Source: a virus (Duplodnaviria > Caudoviricetes). Taken from it: 64,000 bases of DNA. Location: IMG/VR virus record IMGVR_UViG_3300037420_002488, positions 997 to 64,996 of that record; one strand, 5' to 3'. A program made the position numbers and the translations under genes. Under the pieces are notes generated by a model. That model was not told where the DNA came from. It did not search any database and worked only from the letters and a program-made list of their open reading frames with translations. Positions 63,890-64,000 of this stretch are shown here, piece after piece. Positions within the stretch are counted from its first letter, which is position 1, and each line of letters starts with the position of its first letter.

Positions 63890-64000
63890 TTACTCAAAAT
63901 GAGGGATGGGGATACCGAAGCGCACGGACATCTTGATCACCACCAAAATGACAACGACGATGTGGAAAACATCAATCAAATCGTCCAACCAATTACTCAT
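63890..64000 (-). CDS. Hydrophobic peptide, or the 3' end of a longer ORF cut by the window edge
   Basis: MSNWLDDLIDVFHIVVVILVVIKMSVRFGIPIPHFE*, ending just before the terminator. Confidence 0.45.
   Translation of the reverse strand: MSNWLDDLIDVFHIVVVILVVIKMSVRFGIPIPHFE

Larger units (their letters stand above)
2367..64000. mobile_element. Temperate podovirus-like prophage at tRNA-Val; right end outside the window
   Basis: Integrase abuts the tRNA; complete switch, replication, lysis, packaging, head, short-tail and ejection modules; no tape-measure or sheath gene recognised; no tRNA 3' duplicate found in the window. Confidence 0.95.

Noticed and set aside
63733-64000. attR / duplicate of the tRNA-Val 3' end
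   Set aside because: No copy of the T-arm/acceptor sequence seen here or elsewhere in the window; the prophage end is not visible.
1-64000. CRISPR array, rRNA, IS elements, extra tRNAs
   Set aside because: No regularly spaced repeats, transposase motifs or further cloverleafs recognised.

Overview
Host DNA is limited to the first ~2.4 kb: relA followed by tRNA-Val(GAC), in a GC-rich genome that looks betaproteobacterial. The rest is one apparently intact temperate podovirus-type prophage integrated at the tRNA 3' end; attR is not in the window, so the prophage is longer than 61.6 kb. Gene order: int/xis; leftward early operon (RdgC, exonuclease, ERF, KTSC, ASCH-like, a 2OG-Fe(II) oxygenase); lambdoid switch (cI/cro with ACTTAAGT operators); methyltransferases and replication; nin-like region; accessory cassettes including an OLD-like ABC-ATPase/TOPRIM gene; lysis; terminase, portal, capsid; tail; ejection proteins; a 3757-aa DarB-like polyvalent protein; SRAP. 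Strongest leads: (1) a sulfotransferase plus Asp/Asn-beta-hydroxylase-like pair with its own late promoter, heading the ejected-protein operon; (2) two codon-biased small genes nested in the +1 frame of the giant gene; (3) a C5 methyltransferase split over two overlapping frames, the second frame carrying four tandem repeats; (4) a late-promoter motif, TGCACTTCTAT(T/C)-N13-nAnnnT, found three times; (5) an acr/aca-like promoter, small-ORF and RHH-repressor cassette; (6) a 1169-aa fibre combining adhesin and glycosidase-like domains. All family calls come from motif recognition by eye; no HMM, BLAST or folding runs were possible.
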